A stretch of 64,000 nucleotides of DNA, from contig JBMNGZ010000005.1 of NCBI GenBank assembly GCA_050950105.1, positions 684,168 through 748,167 on the forward strand, read 5' to 3'. Source of the DNA: Candidatus Hydrogenedentales bacterium (lineage in GTDB: Bacteria; Hydrogenedentota; Hydrogenedentia; Hydrogenedentales; SLHB01). Positions 50,978 to 60,463 of the stretch are shown one piece after another. The notes below the pieces were generated by a model that worked only from the letters and a program-made list of their open reading frames with translations, was not told the origin of the DNA and made no database searches. Position numbers and translations under genes: made by a program. Position 1 is the stretch's first letter. Every line of letters starts with the position of its first letter.

Positions 50978-51973
50978 TTAGCGCAGGAACCACGGGTTCG
51001 TCTGGTACCACTGAATCGTTTTTTGCAGGGACTCCAAAAGTGGAGTGCGCGCCTGAAAGCCGAGGGATGTGGCCAGCGTTGTGTCCGGCCAGGCATCGAG
51101 CGGCTCATCCGCCCGTTTTGGCAGTGCGCCCGGGCGGAGCAGCTCCGTTGCGCCCAGCTGCCCGGCCAGCCGTTCCGCGAGCTTCCGGATGGAGACCGGG
51201 GGACAGGCCGGTGCGTTGATTAGCGGAGGGAAGGCCTCATCGGCGGCAAGGCGTGCGGCGGCTTCGAGGAGCAGCCCCGCCGCGTCTTCAACGTACAGGA
51301 ACGCCCGGCGCTGATTGCCTTCGGTCATGGGGATGGTCTCCCCGCGGAGGGCTTTTCCGATGAGTTCCGGCACGAACAGCGCTGGAGGCTGGCCCGGCCC
51401 AAAGACGATCGGCAAGCGCAGGACACACGCACGGAGCGCATGCCCCCGCACGGCCTCGAGTACATGCTCCGTGGCGGCAAGTTTCCCTGCTCCGTAGGCG
51501 TTGACTGGCTCACAAGGCCGGTCTTCGGTCCACGGCATGGGCGCCGCCCCGTATTCCATCTGCGAGCCGGGCAGGACCAGGACCGGGCGCTCATCGGCCG
51601 GCAGGGCGTGCAGGGCGTCGACCAGAGAGGCCGCCAAACCGGCGTTTCCCGCGAAGACCCGGGCCCAGTCTTCCACGCCGGTACTTCGCTCGATCGAGCC
51701 CGCGCAGTGCACGACCACCACGGGTCGCAGTTCCTGCAGGATGTGGAGGAGCGCCTGCTGGTCCATGAGGTCCGCGGCGTGCACTTCAACGGGACGCATG
51801 CCCAGCGATTCACGCACGCGCTGCGCCCGTGGGGATTCCTGGGTAAGGTCTATTCCCGCGATCTCTGCGCCCTGGCGCTGTGCCGACGCGGCCGTGTGAA
51901 TGCCAATGAAACCCTGAATGCCTGTAATCAGGACCCTGCGACCGGCCAGGGAAAAAAGCGCTGTGCTCGACAT
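50978..51973 (-). CDS. NAD-dependent epimerase/dehydratase (SDR) family. Likely the CDP-4-keto-6-deoxyhexose reductase/epimerase step.
   Basis: VLITGIQGFIGIH Rossmann motif. ~330 aa extended SDR. Last gene of the rfbF-rfbG-SDR operon. Confidence 0.75.
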   Translation of the reverse strand: MSSTALFSLAGRRVLITGIQGFIGIHTAASAQRQGAEIAGIDLTQESPRAQRVRESLGMRPVEVHAADLMDQQALLHILQELRPVVVVHCAGSIERSTGVEDWARVFAGNAGLAASLVDALHALPADERPVLVLPGSQMEYGAAPMPWTEDRPCEPVNAYGAGKLAATEHVLEAVRGHALRACVLRLPIVFGPGQPPALFVPELIGKALRGETIPMTEGNQRRAFLYVEDAAGLLLEAAARLAADEAFPPLINAPACPPVSIRKLAERLAGQLGATELLRPGALPKRADEPLDAWPDTTLATSLGFQARTPLLESLQKTIQWYQTNPWFLR

Positions 51974-51985
51974 GCCGCCTCCGGC

Positions 51986-53119
51986 CTATTGGGAATCAGC
52001 CCAGGGCAAGCCCCGGGCCGCCGCATCCTGCACGAAGCCCCGGATCTGGCCCTGGGTCTTGTTGAGCAATTCCGACGGATCAAACCCGGATTCATGCGCC
52101 CGCTTGTACCAGGATACCGTCTGCTCGACGGTCGCGGCGAAGTCCCAGACCGGTTGCCAGCCGAGGAAATGCCAGGCTTTGTCGATGGCGAGTTTCAGAA
52201 AGCGCGCTTCGTGCACCGCCTCGTGGTCGGGGGAATGGGCCCAGGCGCCACCGCCCCAGGCGGCCACGAGCGCGTCGCAAAGCTCTGCAACCGTTCGTTC
52301 CGATTCGCGGCCGGGGCCGAAATTCCACGCCGTGCAGTACTCTCGCGCTTTACGGCTGGTCATGAGTGCCGCGCCGATCTGAAGGTAGCCGGATAAGGGC
52401 TCGAGCACGTGCTGCCACGGACGAACAGAAAGCGGATTCCGCACGGGGACCACTTGCTCTTGCATCAACGCGTTCATGGCATCGACCATGATGCGGTCGG
52501 TCGACCAATCGCCGCCGCCGATCACATTCCCGGCCCGGCAGGTCGCGAGCCGGATGGCCGAAGCGCCTTCCGTCCCGCTGTGAAATGAGCGGCGCCAGGA
52601 GGCAGCCAGCAGTTCGGCCATGCCTTTGCTGACGCTGTACACGTCGTGGCCGCCCATGGGCTCGTCCTCGCGATAGGCCGAGTACGTTTCCCGATTTTCG
52701 TAGCATTTGTCCGAGGTGATGACGACGACGCCGCAGGGGCGCTCGGGCTCGTATCCCGCCCGGTCAATCGCACTGAGCACATGAGCCGTGCCCATGACGT
52801 TGGTCGCCAGTGTTTCGAGCGGAATTTCATACGATAGGCGCACCAGTGGCTGGGCGGCCAGATGAAACACCAGGTCCGGGCGGATGGCCGCTATCCGTTC
52901 CGCCAACGGCTCCGGTTCGCGAATGTCCAGAATGGTATGGTTCACGCGGTCTTCAAGCCGCAGCAGGGTGAACAGCGCGGGAACCGTGTTGGGCGCCAGG
53001 GCGATGCCGTAGACCTCCGCGCCCAAAAGCTCGAGCCAGGAGGCCAGCCACGAACCTTTGAACCCGGTATGCCCCGTGACCAGCACTCTTTTGCCCAGAT
53101 AATAATTGCCGAAAGGCAT
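51986..53119 (-). CDS. rfbG: CDP-glucose 4,6-dehydratase
   Basis: FWLGKRVLVTGHTGFKGSWLASWLELLGAEVYGIAL...PALF matches the RfbG/DdhB N-terminus. ~375 aa. Confidence 0.8.
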   Translation of the reverse strand: MPFGNYYLGKRVLVTGHTGFKGSWLASWLELLGAEVYGIALAPNTVPALFTLLRLEDRVNHTILDIREPEPLAERIAAIRPDLVFHLAAQPLVRLSYEIPLETLATNVMGTAHVLSAIDRAGYEPERPCGVVVITSDKCYENRETYSAYREDEPMGGHDVYSVSKGMAELLAASWRRSFHSGTEGASAIRLATCRAGNVIGGGDWSTDRIMVDAMNALMQEQVVPVRNPLSVRPWQHVLEPLSGYLQIGAALMTSRKAREYCTAWNFGPGRESERTVAELCDALVAAWGGGAWAHSPDHEAVHEARFLKLAIDKAWHFLGWQPVWDFAATVEQTVSWYKRAHESGFDPSELLNKTQGQIRGFVQDAAARGLPWADSQ

Positions 53120-53164
53120 GGGGGACTCTCCTTACCTGCAAGGGCGTCGACAACAGCGGCGGGG

Positions 53165-53944
53165 TCAGGCTCTCTTCAGCCAGGGTGCGTCGCCGCGGCT
53201 CCACATCTCGTTCAGCAACGTGTATTCGCGGAAGGTATCCATGGGCATCCAGAACCCGTCATGGTAATAGGTCATCATCTGACCGTCACGCGCGAGGCGT
53301 TGCAGCGGTTCGCGCTCGAAGGTGCACGCCTCATCCTCGCTCACGTAGTCAAAAACCCCCGGTTCGCAGACAAAAAATCCGCCGTTGATGTATCCGCCCG
53401 CGGCTTGCGGCTTCTCCTGAAACGAGGTGACCTGCTCTCCCTCGACCACCAGCTCGCCGAAGCGGGCCGGCGGCCGCACCGACGTGATCGTGATGAGTTT
53501 TCCGTGCGACCGGTGAAAATCCACCAGGGCGCCCACGTGGATATCGCCGACACCGTCGCCGTAGGTCAACAGGAACGGATTGTCGCCCACGTGCTTCTGG
53601 ATCCGTTTGATACGGCATCCCGTCATGGCGTCGAGGCCCGTCTCCGCGAGCGTCACTTTCCAGGGAGGCAGCACGGCGGCGTCGTTGTAGGTAACCGCGC
53701 CGTTCTGGGACATATCGATGGTGATGTCGGCCGTTCCCGCGCGAAAATTGAGAAAATACTCTTTGATCTTCCAGCCTTTGAAGCCGAGGCATAAGATGAA
53801 GTCCCGAAACCCGTAGAGGCTGTAGGTATCCATGATATGCTTCACGACAGGATATTCGCCGATGGGAATCATCGGTTTCGGAATCTCGCTCGACACGTCG
53901 CGGATGCGGGTGCCTTTTCCGCCGCACAAGATCACGGTCTTCAT
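53165..53944 (-). CDS. rfbF: Glucose-1-phosphate cytidylyltransferase
   Basis: MKTVILCGGKGTRIRDVSSEIPKPMIPIGEYPVVKHIM...FILCLGFKGWKIKEYFLN matches RfbF/DdhA. ~258 aa. Confidence 0.85.
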   Translation of the reverse strand: MKTVILCGGKGTRIRDVSSEIPKPMIPIGEYPVVKHIMDTYSLYGFRDFILCLGFKGWKIKEYFLNFRAGTADITIDMSQNGAVTYNDAAVLPPWKVTLAETGLDAMTGCRIKRIQKHVGDNPFLLTYGDGVGDIHVGALVDFHRSHGKLITITSVRPPARFGELVVEGEQVTSFQEKPQAAGGYINGGFFVCEPGVFDYVSEDEACTFEREPLQRLARDGQMMTYYHDGFWMPMDTFREYTLLNEMWSRGDAPWLKRA

Positions 53945-54095
53945 ACGTAGCCCCCTGGCCAGAAACGGGCGCCGCCTCGTCGCCCCGGTAAGTTGCGATC
54001 AACAGTCTGCTTCCATACTATACGCCGGTCAGAACACGTTCAAGGAAATCTCATCCGCCGACAAGGCGGTCGTCATACGGACACGGACAGGGATC

Positions 54096-55259
54096 ATGGA
54101 GCAACCAACGATCAAAACGCTTTATCCGGTTTTCTGCCGCAATGCGGGCGCCACGCACGCCTGTTACTCGCTCTTGAAAGCCATGCGAAACGAATCGCTG
54201 CCCGTCGAATACTGGTCGGCCCAATTCGCGCCGCAGCTCACGGACGACTTTCTCCGCCCCGGGATTCCGCGCACGATGTACCGCGGCCTCTGTTCCCTCC
54301 ACCTCTATGAGCAGTCGGCCGTGGCGTCGTGGAGTGCGCGGCGTCTCGAGCGGCGCTACCTGCGCAGCCTGCGCGACCAGGATATCGCCTATCTCTGGCC
54401 GTCGGTATCGCTCGCTCTCTACCGCGCGATCAAGAAACGGGGAAACACGATCGTCGCCGAGCGGATCAACTGCCACCGCAAGACCTCGATGCGGGTTTTA
54501 CGCGAGGCCTATGAACGGCTGGGGTGGCCTCCTGAACACGGCATTCCCACAGCGGATCTCGAGGTCGAAAACGAAAAGATGGCGTTGTCGGATTATATCT
54601 TCGCGCCCAGCAGTAATGTGGCCGAATCCCTGCTGGATGCGGGCATCCCGGAACGAAAATTGCTCCGCTCCAGCTACGGGTGGGAGCCCCGCAGGTTCCG
54701 TTTCGAAGATCGGGCCCCCGCCGCGCCCGACTGCCCGACCTTTCTCTTCGTGGGCCGGGGCTGCGTCCGAAAAGGGGTGCCCTGGCTGCTGGATATGTGG
54801 GAACGGGCCGGGATCCGTGGGCGCCTGCTCCTCTTTTTGTTGGGAACCATGGAAAAGACGGTGCGTCAGCACTACGGCCACTACTTTGAACGGGACGATA
54901 TCGTGCTCCCGACCGATACCAGCAACATCAACGAGGCGTACCGTCATGCCGACGTCTTCATTTTTCCGACCCACGAGGAAGGCAGCCCGCTGGTCAGCTA
55001 CGAGGCCCTGGGCTGGGGGCTGCCGTGCCTGGTGAGCCCGATGGGTGGCGGCGAAATCATCCGGGACGGCGTGGAAGGTTTCGTGATGAATCCGTATGAC
55101 ATTGAGCTTTGGGCGGAACGCATCCGGCAACTCGCGCAGGACCAGGCATTGAGAGAAACCATCGCCCGGGCCGCACGCGAACGTGCGGCGTCGTTCACCT
55201 GGGATCGCGTGGGCGTCCGTCGCCGGGAGCTTCTGAACTCTGTGCTTGTAAGCCGATGA
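54096..55259 (+). CDS. GT4-family glycosyltransferase
   Basis: C-terminal GT-B motifs: TFLFVGRGCVRKGVPWLLDMW ... ADVFIFPTHEEGSPLVSYEALGWGLPCLVS (the EX7E region). Confidence 0.8.
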   Translation: MEQPTIKTLYPVFCRNAGATHACYSLLKAMRNESLPVEYWSAQFAPQLTDDFLRPGIPRTMYRGLCSLHLYEQSAVASWSARRLERRYLRSLRDQDIAYLWPSVSLALYRAIKKRGNTIVAERINCHRKTSMRVLREAYERLGWPPEHGIPTADLEVENEKMALSDYIFAPSSNVAESLLDAGIPERKLLRSSYGWEPRRFRFEDRAPAAPDCPTFLFVGRGCVRKGVPWLLDMWERAGIRGRLLLFLLGTMEKTVRQHYGHYFERDDIVLPTDTSNINEAYRHADVFIFPTHEEGSPLVSYEALGWGLPCLVSPMGGGEIIRDGVEGFVMNPYDIELWAERIRQLAQDQALRETIARAARERAASFTWDRVGVRRRELLNSVLVSR

Positions 55260-55330
55260 TTTTCCTGGATTTATGGCCTTTATTCAGCTTCTTTGCGATG
55301 GCGCATCCGGAGTCTGACGCTCAACTTTAG

Positions 55331-55359
55331 TTGACAGTACGCATAATCGCCCCTACAAT
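55331..55359 (+). promoter_or_regulatory. Sigma70-like promoter TTGACA-N17-TACAAT upstream of smg-topA
   Basis: Consensus -35 at 55331-55336 and near-consensus -10 at 55354-55359, with 17-bp spacer. Lies 47 bp upstream of the smg start. Confidence 0.4.
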
Positions 55360-55405
55360 AAGAGCATCACATTGAGATGCCCGGTCGAGGCATCAGGAGC
55401 GGTGA

Positions 55406-55864
55406 ATGAAAGAATCCCTAATCGAATTGGTGGATGTCATCCTGAAACGCATTCAGGACCAGCCGGAACGGGCAAAATCAGAGTCAGGCCTGCGTAAGTG
55501 GCTTGCTGGACAAGGATATAAGAAACGCGATATCGATGCCGCCATGCAACTGGTGGGATCGCGGATCATGCCGCGCCGCCCTGGCGGCCCGTCGTTGGTA
55601 GTGCCTGTGCGCGCGCTGACGGAGAGTGAATTCCATAAAATGGCGCCCGAAGCGCGCGACGCGTTCGGCCGCCTCGACTATTACGGGCTGATATCTCCGC
55701 AAGAGCGCGAGACCATCCTCGAAAATGTGGTGCAGTTCGATGGCCGTATCGGCCTGGATGAGCTGGACTACCTGCTCTCTTGGATTGTGTGCGGCAATCG
55801 CGATTTCGAGTCCCAGCAGACGATTTACAGTGTCATGGAAGGGCAGGTAGAGACCCTCCATTGA
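55406..55864 (+). CDS. smg: Smg protein (DUF494)
   Basis: ~150 aa ending ...VMEGQVETLH (Smg proteins end in LH). The synteny smg-topA matches the enterobacterial dprA-smg-topA arrangement. Confidence 0.6.
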   Translation: MKESLIELVDVILKRIQDQPERAKSESGLRKWLAGQGYKKRDIDAAMQLVGSRIMPRRPGGPSLVVPVRALTESEFHKMAPEARDAFGRLDYYGLISPQERETILENVVQFDGRIGLDELDYLLSWIVCGNRDFESQQTIYSVMEGQVETLH

Positions 55865-55940
55865 CCTGCGGGCGATAGGCTTTGCTTGACGCCCTTCCCA
55901 GCGTCGGGAAGTGGCGTTGTTCTTTGATCGGGAGTCATGT

Positions 55941-58226
55941 ATGGCAAAGTATTTGGTTGTTGTTGAATCTCCTGCTAAAGCCAGGACCATCAATAAGTTT
56001 CTGGGGTCAAGCTATGTGGTGAAAGCCAGCTACGGCCACGTCCGGGATCTGCCCAAAAACAACCTGGGCGTAGATATCGAGAAGAATTTTGAACCCAAGT
56101 ACGTTGCGCTGAAAGATGCGCGAAAAGCGGTCAAAGAACTGAAGGAAGCCGCGAAAAAAGTCGATCGCATCCTGCTGGCCACCGACCCCGACCGGGAAGG
56201 GGAGGCCATCGGCTGGCATGTCGCTGAACTGCTGAAACAGTCTGACAAACCCGCTGATCGCGTCGTGTTCAATGAAATCACGAAACGCAGTGTGCGCGAG
56301 GCGACTCGTAACCCGCGGCCCATCGACGCAAATCTGGTCGATGCGCAGCAGGCGCGCCGCATTCTCGATCGCCTCGTAGGCTACAAAATCAGTCCGCTGC
56401 TCCAATTCGGCATGCAGCGCGGTCTGAGCGCGGGGCGCGTACAGTCCGTCGCCGTCCGCATTGTCTGCGAACGTGAGGAGGCGATCCGCGATTTCGTGCC
56501 GCGGGAGTACTGGACCCTCGATGCGGCGTTTTTGACGCCCCGTGAGGATGGATTTACGGCCCGCTTGAACCGCATCCGCGGCGAAAAGGCCGAGCTTGAC
56601 AACGAGGCTGCGGTGCAGACCGTGCTGGCGGCGCTCGAGGGCGCGGAATTCCACGTGGCAAGCGTCGAGCGGAAACAAGTCAGGCGCCGCCCGTACCCGC
56701 CCTTTATCACCAGTTCACTTCAGCAGGAGGCGTCGCGCAAACTCGGATTTTCCCCACGCCGGACCATGCAATTGGCCCAGCAGCTCTATGAGGGTCAGGC
56801 CATCGGCGAGGAAGGGCGCGTGGGCCTGATCACCTACATGCGAACCGATTCGACCCGGCTTGCCATGGAGGCGCTCGACGATGTCCGGCAGTATATCCAG
56901 GCCAATTTTGAAGCCGGCATGCTGCCCGACAAACCCAACTTCTACCGCAACAGAAAAAGTGCGCAGGACGCGCATGAAGCCATTCGGCCCACCCTTACGA
57001 GCCACACGCCGGACGCCATGGCCCGTTATCTGGAGCCCGACCAGCTCAAACTCTACACGCTCATCTGGAAACGTTTCGTGGCCTGTCAGATGATGCCTGC
57101 CGTGTTCGATCAGACTGCAATCGATATCGAGGCGCGCGGCCACCTGTTCCGGGCAACGGGCTCGGTGTTGAAGTTCAAGGGATTCCTGGCGATGTACGAG
57201 GAAACCCAGGAAGATCCTGCCGACGAGGGGCCCTCTGGAGGTCTCCTGCCTGAAGTGCATGAAGGTGAGAAAACCCCGCTGCAGGAGTTCAAGCCGGAAC
57301 AGCACTTTACCAAGCCCCCACCGCGCTTTACGGAGGCAACGCTCATCCGGACGCTCGAGGAAAACGGCATCGGACGCCCCAGTACCTACGCGCAGATCAT
57401 GAACACCATTTTGGAGCGCGGCTACGTGGTGCGGGAGAGAAGGCGACTCGCGCCCACACCCCTGGGGGAAGACGTCAACCGGACGCTCGTAGCCAACTTC
57501 CCGGACATACTGGACATCCATTTTACGGCCCAGCTCGAAACCGAGTTGGACGAAGTGGAAGAAGGGCAGCGAGAGTGGCACGACCTGCTGCGGAGCTTTT
57601 ACACGCAATTTGAGAGAGATTTGCTGGCTGCACAGCACAAAATCGTGGTCGAAACCGTCGGCGAGGACGCAAAGTGCCCGATCTGCGGCGGCGAACTCGA
57701 ATTCCAAACCGGGCGTTTCGGTCCATATCTTCGCTGCGCCAAGCACCCGGACTGCGAGGGGCGCGTCAGTGTGCCGCGCAAAAAGGTTGAAGAACCATCG
57801 GATGTCATCTGCCCCGAATGCGGCGCCCCCATGGTCTATCGCAGAAGCCGATTCGGGAAATTTCTCGGTTGTTCGCGCTATCCCGAATGCAAACACACCC
57901 TGAAAGAGGACGGGAAGAAAAAGACGCCGCCGGAGCCCGTCGGACTGAAATGTCCTCAATCCGACTGTGATGGAGATCTGGTCTGGCGTATGGGCCGTGG
58001 AAAACGGTTCATCGGCTGTTCGCGTTACCCCAAATGCCGGTTCAATGCGTTCGGCGAGCAGGATATGAAGACGCCCTGCCGCTCCTGCGGCCATCCCTGG
58101 ACCTTGCTGTCGAAACGAGGCAAGCAGATGACCCGCAAATGTGTGAAATGCGGTGAAGAGTATAAAGAAGCGGTCACCGAAGCGCCGAGCAAAGAATCGC
58201 CCACGACAGAACAGTCCGAGGTCTGA
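55941..58226 (+). CDS. topA: DNA topoisomerase I, with four C-terminal C4 zinc-ribbon modules
   Basis: MAKYLVVVESPAKARTINKFLG...YVVKASYGHVRDLP (TOPRIM). Active-site region ...GLITYMRTDS... Zinc ribbons: CPICGG, CPECGA, CPQSDC, CRSCGH. Confidence 0.9.
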   Translation: MAKYLVVVESPAKARTINKFLGSSYVVKASYGHVRDLPKNNLGVDIEKNFEPKYVALKDARKAVKELKEAAKKVDRILLATDPDREGEAIGWHVAELLKQSDKPADRVVFNEITKRSVREATRNPRPIDANLVDAQQARRILDRLVGYKISPLLQFGMQRGLSAGRVQSVAVRIVCEREEAIRDFVPREYWTLDAAFLTPREDGFTARLNRIRGEKAELDNEAAVQTVLAALEGAEFHVASVERKQVRRRPYPPFITSSLQQEASRKLGFSPRRTMQLAQQLYEGQAIGEEGRVGLITYMRTDSTRLAMEALDDVRQYIQANFEAGMLPDKPNFYRNRKSAQDAHEAIRPTLTSHTPDAMARYLEPDQLKLYTLIWKRFVACQMMPAVFDQTAIDIEARGHLFRATGSVLKFKGFLAMYEETQEDPADEGPSGGLLPEVHEGEKTPLQEFKPEQHFTKPPPRFTEATLIRTLEENGIGRPSTYAQIMNTILERGYVVRERRRLAPTPLGEDVNRTLVANFPDILDIHFTAQLETELDEVEEGQREWHDLLRSFYTQFERDLLAAQHKIVVETVGEDAKCPICGGELEFQTGRFGPYLRCAKHPDCEGRVSVPRKKVEEPSDVICPECGAPMVYRRSRFGKFLGCSRYPECKHTLKEDGKKKTPPEPVGLKCPQSDCDGDLVWRMGRGKRFIGCSRYPKCRFNAFGEQDMKTPCRSCGHPWTLLSKRGKQMTRKCVKCGEEYKEAVTEAPSKESPTTEQSEV

Positions 58227-58252
58227 TCCGGGCTGGCGGAGGGACGGATGGG

Positions 58253-59185
58253 ATGCCGGATCCGGAGCTTCAGCGCTTTTCAGAGTATCTCTCGGTCGAA
58301 CGCGGATTTTCAGATCATACGACCCGCGCGTATCTCACCGATATCGCACAGTTCTGCCGCTATCTTAAACAGGGTCCCGCCGCCTTAAGCCCCGAAGAAA
58401 CAGAGGAATCCGCTGAACCGCGGTTCGAAATCTTGCGGCGCGCCAGCCGGAATGATATCCGCGCGTTTCTCGGCCATCTTCGCACCCTCGGCGCATCGCC
58501 ACGCACGGCGGCACGGAAACTGTCTTCCATACGGGCCTTGTACCGGTTTTCCGTTCGCGCCGGCGCCATGGAAGAAAACCCGGCTCAGCCGATTCGTTCG
58601 CCCAGGCTGCCGCGCGACCTTCCCGTGGCGCTCAGCATTCCGGAAGTCACGGCCCTGATGGAAGCGCCTGATACCGCAACTCCATTGGGCAAACGAGATC
58701 GCGCCATTCTTGAGACTCTCTATTCCAGCGGCGTACGCTGCGCGGAACTGGCGGGCCTGACCCTGGATTCCATCGACCTCATCGGCGGGACGATGGTCGT
58801 GCTGGGCAAACGGAAAAAAGAACGGATCGCCCATCTGGGGAATTGGGCGCTCGATGCCTTGCAGGCGTATCTTTCCGTGAGACAGACCTTAGGGCATCCA
58901 GAGCACCGACGTCTCTTCGTCAACGCACGCGGAGGCCCGCTCACGACGCGAAGCGTGCAGCGCGTAATGGAAAAATACGTGCGGGCCGTGCTGCCGGGCC
59001 GGCGTGATGTATCTCCGCACACCTTGCGCCATACCTTCGCAACCCATATGTTGAATGGCGGCGCCGACCTCCGGGTAGTGCAGGAGATGCTGGGTCATGA
59101 GAGCCTTTCGACCACGCAGATCTACACGCATGTGAGCGTCGACCGTTTGAAAGCAGTCTACCGGCAGGCGCATCCTCACGCATGA
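58253..59185 (+). CDS. xerC: Tyrosine site-specific recombinase XerC/XerD
   Basis: [22 protein letters not shown] ... [22 protein letters not shown] ... [39 protein letters not shown] (R..HxxR...Y). Position before hslV matches Bacillus codV/xerC. Confidence 0.8.
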   Translation: MPDPELQRFSEYLSVERGFSDHTTRAYLTDIAQFCRYLKQGPAALSPEETEESAEPRFEILRRASRNDIRAFLGHLRTLGASPRTAARKLSSIRALYRFSVRAGAMEENPAQPIRSPRLPRDLPVALSIPEVTALMEAPDTATPLGKRDRAILETLYSSGVRCAELAGLTLDSIDLIGGTMVVLGKRKKERIAHLGNWALDALQAYLSVRQTLGHPEHRRLFVNARGGPLTTRSVQRVMEKYVRAVLPGRRDVSPHTLRHTFATHMLNGGADLRVVQEMLGHESLSTTQIYTHVSVDRLKAVYRQAHPHA

Positions 59186-59214
59186 AGGAAGCGCTTCCCT
59201 TAGAGGAGGACGTA

Positions 59215-59748
59215 ATGGACACCTTTCACGCCACCACGGTGTGCGCCGTTCGCAAAGGGGATGCGGTCGCGCTCGGCGCCGACGGGCAGGTGACCCTCGG
59301 CAACACAATCATGAAGTCGACCGCCACAAAGATCCGCCGCCTGGCCGAGGGACGCGTCCTGGCTGGTTTTGCGGGCTCGGTATCCGATGCCATCTCGTTG
59401 TTCGAGCGCTTCGAAGGGAAATTGAGCCAATTCAACAACAATCTGTCCCGCGCCGCCGTAGAACTGGGCAAGGAATGGCGCACCGACAAGTACCTCCGCA
59501 ATCTGGACGCCCTCCTGGCCGTGTGCGATAAGGAGCAGTCGCTGCTCATCGCCGGCAGCGGCGAAGTCATCGAGCCCGACGATGGCATCCTTGCTATCGG
59601 TTCGGGAGGTCCCTTCGCGCTCGCAGCCGCCCGGGCCCTCCTGCTCCACACGGCGATGCCCGCCGAAGAGATCGTCCGGGAGTCCCTGCGCATCGCGGCC
59701 GGTATCTGCATCTACACCAACGAGAACATCCGCGTCGAGACCCTTTAG
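59215..59748 (+). CDS. hslV: ATP-dependent protease subunit HslV
   Basis: [42 protein letters not shown] (N-terminal Thr nucleophile) ... [14 protein letters not shown]. Confidence 0.85.
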   Translation: MDTFHATTVCAVRKGDAVALGADGQVTLGNTIMKSTATKIRRLAEGRVLAGFAGSVSDAISLFERFEGKLSQFNNNLSRAAVELGKEWRTDKYLRNLDALLAVCDKEQSLLIAGSGEVIEPDDGILAIGSGGPFALAAARALLLHTAMPAEEIVRESLRIAAGICIYTNENIRVETL

Positions 59749-59789
59749 GCTCAGCAACAGCCTACGTAATCCCCCCCGGGTGCGGCGGT

Positions 59790-60458
59790 TTACGAAGCAA
59801 GCGGCGTCTCGGTGACGCGGCCGTTGGTCAGTTCAAGCGCCCGGGACCCCAGTTCCAGGAGGCGTTCGTCATGTGAGGCGAGCACGATGGTCCGGCCTCG
59901 CCGATGCTCTTCGGCGAGGCACTCAGCGATGATGTTCCGGTTGGCGGCGTCCAGGTTTCCCGTGGGTTCATCGGCGAGGATGATGTCCGGCTCGCAAATG
60001 AGGGTACGCGCCATGGCCACGCGCTGTTGTTCACCCACGCTCAACTCTCCAGGACGGTGGGATAAGCGGTCCGTTATGCCGAGCCGTTCGGCGAGGGCGT
60101 GGATTTGGCCACGAGGGCGCGCGCGCCGCAACGCGATCGGTACGCGGATGTTGTCGTAGGCGCTCAGATACGGCATCAGATGGAATTGCTGAAAAATGAA
60201 CCCGATCTTGGAGCGCCGGAATCGGTTGCGGGCAATGCCCAGACCGCCGTAGAGATCGACGCCGTTGCATCGCACAATGCCGCTGGAAGGCGTCAGCATC
60301 CCCCCCAGGATGAGCAGAAGCGTTGTCTTGCCACTACCGCTCGCGCCGTGAAGCACCAGGAATTCGCAGGGCGCAATTCTCAGATGTAGGTCATCCAAGG
60401 CTCGAACGCGGTGTCCGGATTTACCGTAAATTTTTGAAAGATGCTGGACATCGTACAT
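59790..60458 (-). CDS. ABC transporter ATP-binding protein (LolD/MacB-ATPase/FtsE-like)
   Basis: GASGSGKTTLL (Walker A), LSVGEQQRVAMARTL (signature), IILADEPTGNLD (Walker B). Confidence 0.8.
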   Translation of the reverse strand: MYDVQHLSKIYGKSGHRVRALDDLHLRIAPCEFLVLHGASGSGKTTLLLILGGMLTPSSGIVRCNGVDLYGGLGIARNRFRRSKIGFIFQQFHLMPYLSAYDNIRVPIALRRARPRGQIHALAERLGITDRLSHRPGELSVGEQQRVAMARTLICEPDIILADEPTGNLDAANRNIIAECLAEEHRRGRTIVLASHDERLLELGSRALELTNGRVTETPLAS

Positions 60459-60463
60459 GAACG

